From an uncultured Latescibacterota bacterium (GTDB taxonomy: Bacteria; Latescibacterota; UBA2968), in the NCBI GenBank assembly GCA_951812545.1, contig OX638317.1, positions 3,893,987 through 3,957,986 on the forward strand: DNA of 64,000 nt, written 5' to 3'. The notes beneath the pieces are model-generated. The model saw only the letters and a program-made list of their open reading frames with translations. It had not been told where the DNA came from and did no database searches. Shown one piece after another: positions 49,385 through 60,612 of this stretch. The position numbers and the translations under genes were made by a program. The stretch's first letter is position 1. Each line of letters opens with the position of its first letter.

Positions 49385-49996
49385 ATGAAAACACTTTACT
49401 ACGTCGCCGACCCCATGTGTTCCTGGTGCTGGGGATTTCAGCCAGTGCTCGAAAAAGTAAAAGAAGCCGTCCCCGAAGAATTGTCACCCGTATATATCAT
49501 GGGTGGATTGGCGCGCGACACCGATGCCCCTATGCCCGATGCGATGCAGGCGCATATCCAGCGCGCATGGCGTGAAGTCGCAGCCATAACAGGCGCGAGT
49601 TTTAACTGGGACTTTTGGGAAAAATGCAAACCGCGGCGATGCACATATCCATCTTGCAGGGCATTTTATGCGGCTCAAAATCAAGGGGCTGGAACAGCGA
49701 TGTTTGACGCGATTCAACGCGCCTATTATCGTGAAGCGCGCAATCCATCTGACGTAGAAGTCCTCGTCGCATTGGCGGGTGAAATCGGATTAGACACACA
49801 GCGATTTGCGCGCGATCTATCCTCACCCGAAATCGAACAACAGATGCAGGATGGATTTAACATCAGACGATCGATGAATGCCAACCAGTTTCCAAGCCTC
49901 GTCATAAGAAACAACGCATCCGTAACCTTTATCACCCGGGGGTATAACGATGCGGAAACCGTGTTGTCGCGCTTGCGAGCTATAACTTCTGGATAA
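49385..49996 (+). CDS. DsbA-family protein
   Basis: DPMCSWCWGF; QFPSL. Confidence 0.9.
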   Translation: MKTLYYVADPMCSWCWGFQPVLEKVKEAVPEELSPVYIMGGLARDTDAPMPDAMQAHIQRAWREVAAITGASFNWDFWEKCKPRRCTYPSCRAFYAAQNQGAGTAMFDAIQRAYYREARNPSDVEVLVALAGEIGLDTQRFARDLSSPEIEQQMQDGFNIRRSMNANQFPSLVIRNNASVTFITRGYNDAETVLSRLRAITSG

Positions 49997-50110
49997 CTGG
50001 CGTCATGGTGTGGCTTCGCCATGCCTTCGGCGTGTGCGTGGCGGCTTTAAGCATGCCATAATGACAATCAAAACCTTCTGGATCGCGGCTAAAACCATGC
50101 CGCGATGACG
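49989..50110. repeat. Two CGTC-type REP-like hairpins (first one expanded)
   Basis: Variant at 49989-50065; canonical copy at 50078-50110. Confidence 0.8.
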
Positions 50111-50163
50111 GCACTGTTGATGGAATTGATCATGTATGAGGTTGATACGCGCTGACCGCTAAC

Positions 50164-50769
50164 CTATTCCCAGAGCCTGCGGACATCGAGTTCAAAATTG
50201 GGCAACAGGGGATCGCCTGAGATGGTTTCCGGATCGGACAGACAAACGACCTCTTCATCTGGACGATAGACATAAACATTTCGCTCTCTGGGATCGATGA
50301 GCCAGCCGAGTTGTGCGCCATTATCTATATATTCCTGCATCTTATCTTTTATGGTCTCAAGGCGATCCGTTCGAGAAAGCAGTTCGACGACAAAATCGGG
50401 ACAAACTGGAGCGAACTCCTCCTGTTCATCTTCTGAAAGCACCTCCCACCGCTCTTTTCGAATCCACGCCAGATCCGGAGCACGCACAGCACCATTGGGA
50501 AGCGTAAAACCCGCGGACGAATCAAATCCAAAACCCGTTTCATCAGATTGTATCCAATTATAAAATTGGCCGATAAGTCCAAAGTTGCGCTGTCCAGATT
50601 TGCTCTCCGTCGGCGGCATAATAATCACATCTCCTTCGCTGGTAAGTTCCATTTTCAGGTCGGGATTGGCCTGGCAAAATTCAAAAAACTCATGCCTGTC
50701 CATGTGCAATACAGGCCTGAAATGAAGCGTAAGAGCATCCTGGTCTGTTTGTAATGCAACCGCACTCAT
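50164..50769 (-). CDS. Uma2-family endonuclease
   Basis: RAPDLAWI, CPDFVVELLS, KMQEYIDNGAQLGWLIDP. Confidence 0.92.
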   Translation of the reverse strand: MSAVALQTDQDALTLHFRPVLHMDRHEFFEFCQANPDLKMELTSEGDVIIMPPTESKSGQRNFGLIGQFYNWIQSDETGFGFDSSAGFTLPNGAVRAPDLAWIRKERWEVLSEDEQEEFAPVCPDFVVELLSRTDRLETIKDKMQEYIDNGAQLGWLIDPRERNVYVYRPDEEVVCLSDPETISGDPLLPNFELDVRRLWE

Positions 50770-50965
50770 GGAAAATCCTACAAATAAGAAAGATTGGACA
50801 TGCAAGTTCTAAAAAAATACTCACAATCAAAATTTTGTGCAACCCGATAAGCGCGTATTTCTCGTACATTTACAGAGCAGCGAACATCGCCTTGACATCC
50901 ATAAGAAGTTTTGAAATATTAAAGCCCAATATATCTGCAACCAAAACGGGAAGGAGAGCACAGAA

Positions 50966-51358
50966 ATGGCCGACCAGAACATACCAACACAAGATCAACA
51001 AAACGAATTGTTATTCATGCAACTGGTCATGATGTTTCAGGGCATGGCATTGCAAAACCTGGGCAAAGTCATAAATCCCATGACCAACCAGATTGAGCGC
51101 AACCTGGAACAAGCCAAAAACATGATTGACCTCCTTGGCATGCTGGACGAAAAAACAAAAGGCAATTTAAACGACAATGAGCACAGACTACTGGAACACT
51201 CATTATTTGAACTGCGAATGAACTATGTGGATGAACTCAAAAAGGACGGAGCCGTAGAAGAGCAAACAGAGGAAGAACAAGCGTCGGATAATAGCAACGA
51301 AGACACAGCATCAGAAGCGCAGGCAGAAGAAGAGGATCAGGCAACAGATAATAGCTGA
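50966..51358 (+). CDS. DUF1844-like protein
   Basis: NLEQAKNMIDLLGMLDEKTKGNL...ELRMNYV. Confidence 0.85.
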   Translation: MADQNIPTQDQQNELLFMQLVMMFQGMALQNLGKVINPMTNQIERNLEQAKNMIDLLGMLDEKTKGNLNDNEHRLLEHSLFELRMNYVDELKKDGAVEEQTEEEQASDNSNEDTASEAQAEEEDQATDNS

Positions 51359-51484
51359 CCTGTAGCGATCAGCACATAGGCGAAGCACAACAAAAAACCT
51401 TCTGGATCGCTGCTTAAACCTTGCCGCGATGACATACGGGAGTCTGCCCCGTAGGGGAACCGTCTCCTACAACACAACGACGCG

Positions 51485-52036
51485 ATGACGGTTTTTATGT
51501 ATAGTACATGCGGAGGAAAAAAGTTGAGCGCACCAAAAAAATGGTCAGCTTATTGCTTACTGCTCATCATGTATCTACCTTTGAGTTGTGCTTATTACTC
51601 CACATCAGCCACGGGCAGTGGTGGCATTCGCTCCGTCGCTGTACCTCTACTCGACAACGAAAGCCTCGAAGCCGGTATTCACCAGGCATTGACAGACAGC
51701 TTAATTCAGGGATTTGTCTCTGATGCGGCCTTGCGCGTCGTCGAAGAAGACCAGGCCGATGCCGTATTGCAAGGCACGGTCCTCGAAATCAAAGAAGAAC
51801 CCTTTACCTATGGCGGTCAAGCAGGTGCTGAACAATATCAAATTTCCGTCTTTGTAAAAATGGCCTTTTACGACACACGGGAAAAGCAAACACTCTGGGA
51901 AATTGACCGCATGCGCGGTTACGGTATCTACGACGCAGCAAGCCAACGCGACCTCACCCGCACAAAAGGCATCGGCGACGCGTTGCGCATGCTCTCCAAA
52001 GACGTAGTAGATCGCACCCAGGTAGGCGGATGGTAA
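51485..52036 (+). CDS. lptE: LptE-family lipoprotein (start uncertain)
   Basis: Lipobox LSC; IRSVAVP; ADAVLQGTV. Confidence 0.72.
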   Translation: MTVFMYSTCGGKKLSAPKKWSAYCLLLIMYLPLSCAYYSTSATGSGGIRSVAVPLLDNESLEAGIHQALTDSLIQGFVSDAALRVVEEDQADAVLQGTVLEIKEEPFTYGGQAGAEQYQISVFVKMAFYDTREKQTLWEIDRMRGYGIYDAASQRDLTRTKGIGDALRMLSKDVVDRTQVGGW

Positions 52037-52051
52037 AAAAAGGAAAAACAC

Positions 52052-52990
52052 ATGCCAGAAAACAATGTCGTGGTCGATGACTTCATGCAATTGATCGGCG
52101 GAACGCCACTAATTCGCTTAAACAACCTGGCGACATCCGACATGGCCGAAGTCGTCGTCAAAATGGAATCCTTAAATCCGGCCCGCACGGTAAAAGACCG
52201 CATTGCCCTATCCATGATCAACGCCGCAGAACGCGACGGACACCTAAAACCGGGCATGACCATCGTCGAACCGACCAGCGGCAACACGGGTATCGGTCTG
52301 GCAATGGTTGCAACCGCGCGAGGTTATCGCCTGATATTAACCATGCCCGATTCTATGAGCCGGGAGCGACGCGACCTGCTCGAAAGTTATGGCGCCGAAT
52401 TGATATTAACACCGGGCGATCTCGACATGCCCGGCGCTGTCGCTGAAGCAGAACGAATCGTAAAAGAGTCCCCCGAAACCGCCTTTATGCCACAGCAATT
52501 TAACAACCCTGCCAACCCGGAAATACACCGCCAAACCACCGCCCGAGAAATATTAGAAGCCGTTGACGGCCACCTCGATGCTTTTGTAGCCGGAATAGGC
52601 ACTGGAGGAACCATCACAGGCGTGGGCGAAGTCTTAAAAGCCGAATTAGGACAAATACGCGTGATCGCCGTCGAACCCACCAAATCCCCGGTCCTGTCGG
52701 GCGGAGAACCTGGCCTACACGGCATCCAGGGCATCGGTGCAGGATTCGTTCCATCCGTACTCAACCGCGATATTTTTGACGCGCTAATATGCGTGCGCGA
52801 TGAAGACGCCATCAAAACAGCTCGGAAACTGGGTCGCGAAGAAGGCATCCTCGCTGGCATATCAGCCGGAGCAAATGTATTTGCCGCCCTGCAAATTGCC
52901 CGCGACCTGGGTCCGGGAAAGCGCGTCGCAACTATAATCTGCGACTCGGGCGAACGGTATTTCAGCGTACCCGAGTTCTTACAAACGTAG
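52052..52990 (+). CDS. cysK: Cysteine synthase A
   Basis: TVKDRIA, EPTSGNTG, GIGTGGT, IQGIGAGF. Confidence 0.95.
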   Translation: MPENNVVVDDFMQLIGGTPLIRLNNLATSDMAEVVVKMESLNPARTVKDRIALSMINAAERDGHLKPGMTIVEPTSGNTGIGLAMVATARGYRLILTMPDSMSRERRDLLESYGAELILTPGDLDMPGAVAEAERIVKESPETAFMPQQFNNPANPEIHRQTTAREILEAVDGHLDAFVAGIGTGGTITGVGEVLKAELGQIRVIAVEPTKSPVLSGGEPGLHGIQGIGAGFVPSVLNRDIFDALICVRDEDAIKTARKLGREEGILAGISAGANVFAALQIARDLGPGKRVATIICDSGERYFSVPEFLQT

Positions 52991-53018
52991 TTGAACCCAC
53001 CAACCAACGGAGATCCTC

Positions 53019-54056
53019 ATGAGCAATACGCCCAATTATTTGAAAAATTACGCCGACCTTTACGCCGATAACCCGCGCGCTGCCGCACTGCAATGGTTCC
53101 GCGAAGCGCGTTACGGTCTGTTCCTACACTATGGACTCTACTCTCTCATAGGACGACACGAATGGGTGCAATTGCGAGAACTCATACCCGTTGCCGAATA
53201 TGCAAAACTCATGAACGACTTCACCGCTGAAAATTTCGATGCCGAGCGCATAGCGCAATTTGCCGTTGACTGCGGGATGAAATACATCAACATCACCACG
53301 CGGCATCACGATTCATTCTGCCTATTCGACACAGCGGAAACGGATTTCAACAGTGTCAATACCCCAGCGGGCCGCGACTTGATCAAAGAACTCGCCGAAG
53401 CGTGTGATCGACACGCACTCGGCTTGTGTTTGTACTACTCCCATGGACGGGATTGGAAACATCCACATGCCCCCAACAACGACGAATGGGGTGGGCAAGC
53501 AAGACCCAAATACGACCCACCCGAACCGAGCTATGCCACAGGTTCGGCGCACAACTTGCAAATCTATCTCGACTTTATGCAGGCGCAAATTACAGAACTA
53601 CTCACAAATTACGGACCCGTAGCCGCAATCTGGCTGGATGGAATTGCCGTTCCCAACAACGGCGACAGACCGAAATTTAAGTGCCAGGAACTTTACGACT
53701 ACATCCACAGCGTACAACCTCAGGTACTGGTCTCCTACAAACAGGGCCTGCTGGGCACCGAAGACTTTCAGGCACCTGAACATCAAGCCGTAGAACAGGC
53801 AAACAAACCCATGGAAATCTGTACAACAATGTGTTCTGGACCAGGCGGAAAAGGCGTATCCTGGGGCTATCTCGCCGAAGGAGGCCACCACAAAAATGAG
53901 GATGAAGTTTGGCAGGCATTGACAGCAGCGCGGGAAGGCGGTTGCAATCTATTGTTAAATACCGGTCCTCTGCCCGATGGATCACTCGATGAAAAAGACA
54001 TACCCGTATTGCTCGCAGTGGGCGAACGCATTCGCAAAGAGGGATTTCCGAAATAA
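53019..54056 (+). CDS. Alpha-L-fucosidase (GH29)
   Basis: GLFLHYG, TTRHHD, IWLDG, NLLLNTGP. Confidence 0.9.
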   Translation: MSNTPNYLKNYADLYADNPRAAALQWFREARYGLFLHYGLYSLIGRHEWVQLRELIPVAEYAKLMNDFTAENFDAERIAQFAVDCGMKYINITTRHHDSFCLFDTAETDFNSVNTPAGRDLIKELAEACDRHALGLCLYYSHGRDWKHPHAPNNDEWGGQARPKYDPPEPSYATGSAHNLQIYLDFMQAQITELLTNYGPVAAIWLDGIAVPNNGDRPKFKCQELYDYIHSVQPQVLVSYKQGLLGTEDFQAPEHQAVEQANKPMEICTTMCSGPGGKGVSWGYLAEGGHHKNEDEVWQALTAAREGGCNLLLNTGPLPDGSLDEKDIPVLLAVGERIRKEGFPK

Positions 54057-54062
54057 AAAGCG

Positions 54063-54216
54063 CGAATAGACGAATAGACGAATAGACGGAGCGGGGTACA
54101 ACTGCGCCAGCAGTTCATCCCGCCCCACCACCCAAAACCTCTGGATTGCGGCTAACACCATGCCGCAATGACGGCTTCGTTGATGAACTGGCCTGAGATA
54201 CGGCCAGTTGTACACC
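54063..54216. repeat. Mosaic repeat: ACGAATAG units, two GTACAACTG hairpins (one inverted) and a CGTC-type REP
   Basis: Same building blocks as 5723-6032 and 4235. Confidence 0.85.
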
Positions 54217-54254
54217 GTTCCGTAGATTCGTAGATTTAAGGAGCCTGACTTATT

Positions 54255-56210
54255 GTGTCAGTTCAAACAACCGACATACAGGAACCTCAACCCCTGACGC
54301 AACGATCGCCCTGGTGGGCAATTGCATTGGCCGTGTTTATCACGGTATCAATCAACGCAATCATACCCTATACCCATCATTACATGCACACCATATCACT
54401 GGTCGAAGGCATGATACCGATGGGTATTTTTATGCCATTTTTGGTACTGATATTTATCGTAAATCCCGTGCTGCGCGCTCTGGGATATGCATTACAACCC
54501 TGGGAATTGATCTTCATTTTTGCCGTGGGCTACGTGAGCATGTCCATCAATGAACTGCTCGGGCGCGTACTGGCAACCTATGCCGTAATGCACTACATGG
54601 CAACACCGGAAAATCTCTGGGAAGAATACGTCTTTGGCCTCGTCCAACCCTATCTCGTAGTCGAAGATGCCAAAGATCAATTGGCCTGGTTTTACGAGGG
54701 CCTGCCTCGCAACGCAACGATTCCCTGGGCAATCTGGATCCGCCCCACATTCTGGTGGCTGAGTTTTATCACCGCGCTTGGCCTGGGATCGGTCGCATTG
54801 GCAACGATCTTGCGCCGGCAATGGGTCGAGCAAGAGCGGTTGCCATTTCCCTTTGCACAAGTCGCCGAAGAACTCGCCGAGACAGCGGGGCCAAAAGGAT
54901 TTCCCGAATATATGAAACAACCGCTATTCTGGGCTGGTTTTTCCATTCCCTCAGTTATCGTCCTGTGGTACATCATCGGCTACTTCGACCCCAGCTTCCC
55001 CGTGATTACCGTGGGGATACAAAATCACACGATCTCATTGGGACGGTACGTGCCCTTCCTGCACGGACGGCTCAACTTTTTGATTATCGGATTTGCGTAC
55101 TTTACCGATTTACAGGTCTTATTTTCGATCTGGGTATTCTGGATATTCACCTGGCTACAAATAGGGATGACCAATCGCCTGGGCCTGGCAGAGGGCCTCG
55201 GTGAATTTGCCGGCACGCGACAGCAAGCACTGGGGGGATTTATCGTATTTTGTCTGTGGGGATTGTGGATTGCGCGGCACCACCTGAAAGCGGTCTTCCA
55301 ACAGGCATTTCGACAGACCAAAAATATGGACGACCAGAACGAATTGATGTCCTACCGCACAGCGGTCACCACATTTCTCGCCTGTGCGATATTTATCATG
55401 TTCTGGTTGTTCAAAGGTGGTATGACACCATTTTGGGCGGTATTGGTCGCGGTGTTCTGGTTTGTTTTTTACACCGGATTTGCCAAAATCGTAGCAATGA
55501 CCGGACTCGTATTCCTGGAATCGCCCAGCAGCCTGGGCACGGGCATTATGGGATTTGCACCACCCGATTCATTATCATCAAACACAATTGCCATGCGGCA
55601 ACAAGTGGGCAGCATGTATCAAAATGGCAAAAGTTTTACCATGCCCGCTGCCGCCCATGCCGCGCGGTTGAGTATTGGCCTGGGCAATCGGGCGCGTGTA
55701 TTGGGCTTGACCATCGCATTTGCATTTGTGTTTTCGCTCATAGCAGCAGCCGCATCCACAATTTATCTGGGCTATACCGATGGCGCGTTTAATTTTGGCT
55801 CGTACATGTTTCGGGTTGCTGCGCCGCGTTATTACGATGGCATTGTATCGTCCATCCGCGACATTGGCAAAGAAACCCATTACGGCCTTCGGATGGCATT
55901 TACGGTATTTGGCGCATTGGCAATGGGCATCTTAACCCTGTGCCAATACCGATTCACCTGGTGGCCTCTCCATCCCATCGGTTTTACAGTCGTAACCTTT
56001 TATTCGGCGCGCACCGCTATTTTATCCGTATTTCTAACCTGGCTGATTAAATTTGTTATTTTTCGCCTGGGAGGAATCGCGCTATATCGCAGGGCAAAAC
56101 CCTTTTTCATCGGCATGATTGTGGGATACACCCTATCGCTCATTGTGAGCATGAGCGTCGATCTCATCTGGTTCCCCGGGCAAGGACACAACCTATTCTG
56201 GGGCGACTAA
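54255..56210 (+). CDS. Large polytopic membrane protein (DUF6785/DUF6784-like)
   Basis: RRQWVEQERLPFP, WWPLHPIGF, GGIALYRRAKPFFIG. Confidence 0.78.
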   Translation: MSVQTTDIQEPQPLTQRSPWWAIALAVFITVSINAIIPYTHHYMHTISLVEGMIPMGIFMPFLVLIFIVNPVLRALGYALQPWELIFIFAVGYVSMSINELLGRVLATYAVMHYMATPENLWEEYVFGLVQPYLVVEDAKDQLAWFYEGLPRNATIPWAIWIRPTFWWLSFITALGLGSVALATILRRQWVEQERLPFPFAQVAEELAETAGPKGFPEYMKQPLFWAGFSIPSVIVLWYIIGYFDPSFPVITVGIQNHTISLGRYVPFLHGRLNFLIIGFAYFTDLQVLFSIWVFWIFTWLQIGMTNRLGLAEGLGEFAGTRQQALGGFIVFCLWGLWIARHHLKAVFQQAFRQTKNMDDQNELMSYRTAVTTFLACAIFIMFWLFKGGMTPFWAVLVAVFWFVFYTGFAKIVAMTGLVFLESPSSLGTGIMGFAPPDSLSSNTIAMRQQVGSMYQNGKSFTMPAAAHAARLSIGLGNRARVLGLTIAFAFVFSLIAAAASTIYLGYTDGAFNFGSYMFRVAAPRYYDGIVSSIRDIGKETHYGLRMAFTVFGALAMGILTLCQYRFTWWPLHPIGFTVVTFYSARTAILSVFLTWLIKFVIFRLGGIALYRRAKPFFIGMIVGYTLSLIVSMSVDLIWFPGQGHNLFWGD

Positions 56211-56219
56211 AGTCTCACA

Positions 56220-56726
56220 TTAAACGCCCTGCTTGCTTTGAAACATCTGCGACACCCAATCGGATAATCGGGTATTGAGTGGTTTTAACATCACGAGCGC
56301 ATCTTCGCGAGGGTGTGTATAATACGCTTGTCTGATCGCCATGGTCTCAAACCCCATCTTCTTATAGAGATCAATCGCAACCCAATTGGACATACGCACT
56401 TCCAGAGATACCACGCGCGCCTTTGTCTCCAACAGATCAAATACAGCTTCTATCGTCTTTCTTCCCAATCCCCTCTGTTGAAAATCAGGCGCAATAGCCA
56501 AATTCGCCAGATGAAATTCCCGATCAATCAAAAAACCCACGACATAGCCCACAAGCTCGCACTCGACCATAACCACCCGGCAAAAGCCGTTTTTGCGATT
56601 GCGCGCAAACTCAAAATCGCGGCGTTTCCAGGGCGCGGGAAAAACAGCCCTTTCTATTTTTATAACCCGGTCAAGATGCGAAGGGATCATCTCCACCAAC
56701 ACGGGTGTCATCGGATTATCCATCAC
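56220..56726 (-). CDS. rimI: Ribosomal-protein-alanine N-acetyltransferase
   Basis: LEVRMSN...LYKKMGF...RQAYY...EDALVM. Confidence 0.9.
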   Translation of the reverse strand: MMDNPMTPVLVEMIPSHLDRVIKIERAVFPAPWKRRDFEFARNRKNGFCRVVMVECELVGYVVGFLIDREFHLANLAIAPDFQQRGLGRKTIEAVFDLLETKARVVSLEVRMSNWVAIDLYKKMGFETMAIRQAYYTHPREDALVMLKPLNTRLSDWVSQMFQSKQGV

Positions 56727-57429
56727 CTGTCAAACGCGCTTCCCGCACGCGCTCTGCTTGTGTTCGCCGCAAATAAAAAGGCTCAGCCTTCTCCATATCA
56801 TCCACCTCTCCCCGTTCGCAACGCGCCTGACCCAGCAGGGCAACAGCCCCAGCAGTGGGACGACCCAGAGTGACAAAATACGCATCTCGCCCCAACGCAT
56901 CGACAATAACATCGCGATAAGCCTGAGCACCATCTCCCACCACGGTCACGGGACGCGGCAGGCGTGTGACCCAATTGGAAACCGCATCTGCACGATCGGG
57001 CATTCTCGAAATCGGATCCTCCCCCACGAGATCATATACCCCCGCATACACATTGCCTCGCCGAGCGTCCAGCATTGGACAAACGGGCATCCCCTCTACC
57101 CCTGCCCCAAAAGCCATGCCCGCAAGAGTTGACACGCGCACAAACACAAGATCGGCACCGCGACACAACCCCTTCGCCAGGCCCATACCGATACGCAACC
57201 CCGTAAACGAACCGGGACCAGCAGCCACAGCCACGCCATCCAGATCGCCAACGCTTAAACTCGCCTCTCGCAACACCATCTCAACCATCGGCTGCAACCG
57301 TTCCGAGTGATGCGATCCCAATTCCAACGTGTATTCCACAACCACGCGGGCATCGCAGGCCAGAGCCACACTGCATACCGCTGTTGAAGTCTCAATACCC
57401 AAAATTTTTGTCAACTTGCAATACCTCAA
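56716..57429 (-). CDS. tsaB: tRNA threonylcarbamoyladenosine biosynthesis protein (start uncertain)
   Basis: [23 protein letters not shown]. Confidence 0.93.
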   Translation of the reverse strand: MRYCKLTKILGIETSTAVCSVALACDARVVVEYTLELGSHHSERLQPMVEMVLREASLSVGDLDGVAVAAGPGSFTGLRIGMGLAKGLCRGADLVFVRVSTLAGMAFGAGVEGMPVCPMLDARRGNVYAGVYDLVGEDPISRMPDRADAVSNWVTRLPRPVTVVGDGAQAYRDVIVDALGRDAYFVTLGRPTAGAVALLGQARCERGEVDDMEKAEPFYLRRTQAERVREARLTGDG

Positions 57430-58451
57430 AACAACGTATTTTGTGACTTTTCCTCAGGCGGCGTTTTCCCCAAATGCAAATACGCCCGCGCCGTTGCCTG
57501 GCGCCCTCGATGAGTGCGCACCAGCAACCCCTCCTGAATCAGATAGGGTTCATACACTTCCTCGAGCGTATCCGTCTCCTCACTCAGCGCAGCCCCCAGA
57601 TTATTCAAACCAACGGGACCCCCGTCGAACTTATCAATCAGCGTTTCCAACAATCGCCGATCCATTTCATCCAATCCCTTTGCATCCACCCCCAACAACG
57701 CCAGCGCCTTAACCGCAACTTCTTCTGTAATCACCCCATCGGCGCGCGCCTGTGCATAATCGCGAGACCGCGACAACTGACGCCCGGCAATGCGCGCTGT
57801 TCCCCGCGACCTGTGGGCAATCACACGCGCGGCATCCTCTTCAATCTCAATACCCAAAATACGCGCAGCCCTCATCACAATGGCCTGCAACTCTTCCGGG
57901 GCGTAAAAATCCAGCCGCTCCAGCAACCCAAAGCGCGATCGCATCGGCGCTGTGAGCAGTCCCAATCGCGTTGTTGCGCCCACCATAGTAAAGGGTTCAA
58001 GCGGAATTTGATACGACCTGGCACTCGGCCCGCTATCGATCATAATATCCAGCGTAAAATCCTCCATTGCCGAATACAAATGTTCTTCTACCACCCGATT
58101 CATGCGATGAATCTCGTCGATAAACAGCACATCGCGCTCATTCAAATTCGTCAAAATCCCCGCCAGATCAGCCGGGCGCTCCAGTACCGGTCCCGATGTC
58201 ACATGAATTTCAACCCCCAGCTCGTGCGCTATCACATAAGCCATCGTCGTTTTGCCCAGACCGGGAGGCCCGTGCAACAAAATGTGATCCATAGCCTCAT
58301 TGCGATGATGCGCAGCCTCTACAGCAATACGCAAATTCGTCTTCGCCTTTTCTTGCCCGACCATATCGTCAAATCGAATCGGACGAATCCGTTGATCGTG
58401 TTCAAATTCGTCGCCATCCTGAAACTCGGGATCGGTAAATCGTTCATCCAT
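57426..58451 (-). CDS. ruvB: Holliday junction helicase
   Basis: [23 protein letters not shown]. Confidence 0.97.
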   Translation of the reverse strand: MDERFTDPEFQDGDEFEHDQRIRPIRFDDMVGQEKAKTNLRIAVEAAHHRNEAMDHILLHGPPGLGKTTMAYVIAHELGVEIHVTSGPVLERPADLAGILTNLNERDVLFIDEIHRMNRVVEEHLYSAMEDFTLDIMIDSGPSARSYQIPLEPFTMVGATTRLGLLTAPMRSRFGLLERLDFYAPEELQAIVMRAARILGIEIEEDAARVIAHRSRGTARIAGRQLSRSRDYAQARADGVITEEVAVKALALLGVDAKGLDEMDRRLLETLIDKFDGGPVGLNNLGAALSEETDTLEEVYEPYLIQEGLLVRTHRGRQATARAYLHLGKTPPEEKSQNTLF

Positions 58452-58469
58452 AAAATAGCCTTATGACAG

Positions 58470-59066
58470 CTAAATACTCCTCAATGCCCGCCTGATCACT
58501 TCCTCAATCGGCGCGTCGTCGCCCATCTCCTGTAAAACAGTCGCAACAATTTTGCGCGCCTGCACCGGATTCGCGCCCAGACCCGATAGGGCAGCAGCGG
58601 CTTCGTCTAATATATCGGGATCTGCATGCTCCACGGCGTCGGATGTAAAATCTTCGGGCGTAATATCGCCAATTTTGTCCTTCATTTCCAGCACCAGACG
58701 CTGCGCGAGTTTTGGACCAATACCCTTGATGCGCGTCAAACCTTGAGCATCTTCTGCGGCGACCAACCGCCTGAAATCCGCAATGGGAATACCGGACAAA
58801 ATTTTCAATGCCATCGGCGGCCCAATACCCGAAACCGCGATCAGACGCTCAAATAAATCGCGCTCGGACACCGAGGCAAATCCGTAAAGCACCATCGCGT
58901 CTTCTCTCACATAGAGATGCGTGAGAATAGTGACGCGCCCATCCTCAACTAATAGCGATTCATAACTCGCCAGTGAAATATTGACGTGATACCCCACGCC
59001 CTGAACATCGACAATGACATGGGTCGGGTGTTTTTCGACCAGTCGCCCTTCTAAAAACGCAATCAT
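58470..59066 (-). CDS. ruvA: Holliday junction branch migration protein
   Basis: MIAFLEG, VREDAMVLYGF, HhH motifs. Confidence 0.96.
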   Translation of the reverse strand: MIAFLEGRLVEKHPTHVIVDVQGVGYHVNISLASYESLLVEDGRVTILTHLYVREDAMVLYGFASVSERDLFERLIAVSGIGPPMALKILSGIPIADFRRLVAAEDAQGLTRIKGIGPKLAQRLVLEMKDKIGDITPEDFTSDAVEHADPDILDEAAAALSGLGANPVQARKIVATVLQEMGDDAPIEEVIRRALRSI

Positions 59067-59070
59067 TATA

Positions 59071-59703
59071 TCATCTTCCCCTTCGGTTCAATCGCCGTCG
59101 CGACTTCGCATTCACACCGATTTCCTTGAGTTTCTCATCAAATCGACTCTGTTCTCTACCGCCCCGTTTCAATGCCTCGATTTTCTCTGCCAGTTTATTT
59201 TCCCCTATTCCAGGCCCTCGCGCGGCAACCTTCTGATGCGCGTGGCACAGGGCAATCGCCACGGCATCTGTCGCATCAAATCCCTGATCCAGTGCTTCTT
59301 TCCCAAGCAATCGCTGAATCATAAATTGCACCTGTTCTTTGGACGCACTGCCCCGGCCCACAACAGCTTTTTTTACTTCTCGGGGCGCGTATTCAAAAAT
59401 GGGCAGATCGGAATTGGCCAGAGCCGTCACAATAGCCCCTCGCGCCTGACACAACTTAATCAGCGATTGCGTATTGACACCGTAAAAAACAGATTCAAGC
59501 GCGACTTCATGCGGACCTGCATCCGCGACCAGCGCGAGCAAATGATCGTAGATATAGAGCAAGCGCCGGGGGAAAGACAATTTATTACCGGGCCGAATAC
59601 AGCCGCATTGCAGCAACCGATTTTTCCGGTTCTGGTGTTCAACCAGACCAAAACCAGTCACCACACTACCCGGATCAATACCCAGAATGATCACGCGGAC
59701 CAC
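59071..59703 (-). CDS. ruvC: Crossover junction endodeoxyribonuclease
   Basis: ILGIDPG, DATDAVAIALCH. Confidence 0.96.
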   Translation of the reverse strand: MVRVIILGIDPGSVVTGFGLVEHQNRKNRLLQCGCIRPGNKLSFPRRLLYIYDHLLALVADAGPHEVALESVFYGVNTQSLIKLCQARGAIVTALANSDLPIFEYAPREVKKAVVGRGSASKEQVQFMIQRLLGKEALDQGFDATDAVAIALCHAHQKVAARGPGIGENKLAEKIEALKRGGREQSRFDEKLKEIGVNAKSRRRLNRRGR

Positions 59704-59719
59704 CTTTTGAAGTGTTATC

Positions 59720-59769
59720 CGCAGATAAACGCAGATAAACGCAGATAAACGCAGATAAACGCAGATAAA
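59720..59769. repeat. 10-bp tandem repeat (CGCAGATAAA)x5
   Basis: Directly visible upstream of ruvC. Confidence 0.95.
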
Positions 59770-59812
59770 AAATAGGGACTGTGAAGTGTGAAGTGCAGAT
59801 GGGGAGAGGAAA

Positions 59813-60562
59813 TCAAACTGTCAGAGCTGCCAATTCACTATCGTCAATCTCAAAATTGGCATATACCCGCTGCACATCGTCATTGTCTTCGAACATTTCC
59901 ATCAAAGTCAACAATTGCTGCGCGGTTTTGCCTTCAACGGGCACAGTACTTTGCGGAACGCGCGTCAATTCAGCGCGCTCAATTTCAATGCCCGCATCTT
60001 CAATCGATTTGCGAACGCCTTCAAAATCGGGCAGGGATGCATAAATTTCATAGACATTCTCTTCTTCTGCAATATCCTCGGCACCGGCATCCAAAGCCAC
60101 CAGCATTATCTCTTCCTCTTCCACACCCTCTTTGGGCACTAAAATCACACCCTTTTGCTCAAACACCCACGCCACGGAACCACTTTCGGCCATACTGCCG
60201 TTGTATTTGCTAAACAAATGCCGCACTTCTGATACCGTGCGGTTGCGGTTATCCGTCAGCGTTTCGACAAACATGGCCACACCCCCCGGTCCGTAGCCCT
60301 CGTAAATTGCACCTTCGTAAGACTCGCCTTCAAGCTCTCCCGTACCCTTTTTAATCGCACGCTCAATATTGACCATGGGCATATTTTCTGCCTTGGCACC
60401 TAAGACAGCAGCACGCAGACGCGGATTGTTCGCTTCATCGCCGCCACCCTCGCGGGCAGCCACAGTAATCTCTCGAATCAGTTTGGTAAACGCCTTACCC
60501 CGGGCCGCGTCCTGACGGCCCTTGCGATGCTTGATATTTGCCCATTTAGAATGTCCAGCCAT
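59813..60562 (-). CDS. yebC: YebC/PmpR-family protein
   Basis: MAGHSKWANIKHRK; YEGYGPGGVA; TDNRNRT. Confidence 0.96.
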   Translation of the reverse strand: MAGHSKWANIKHRKGRQDAARGKAFTKLIREITVAAREGGGDEANNPRLRAAVLGAKAENMPMVNIERAIKKGTGELEGESYEGAIYEGYGPGGVAMFVETLTDNRNRTVSEVRHLFSKYNGSMAESGSVAWVFEQKGVILVPKEGVEEEEIMLVALDAGAEDIAEEENVYEIYASLPDFEGVRKSIEDAGIEIERAELTRVPQSTVPVEGKTAQQLLTLMEMFEDNDDVQRVYANFEIDDSELAALTV

Positions 60563-60612
60563 CCTTCTATACTCCTTTAAATAGACGAACTCCACCCAAT
60601 CACCCAAAACCT

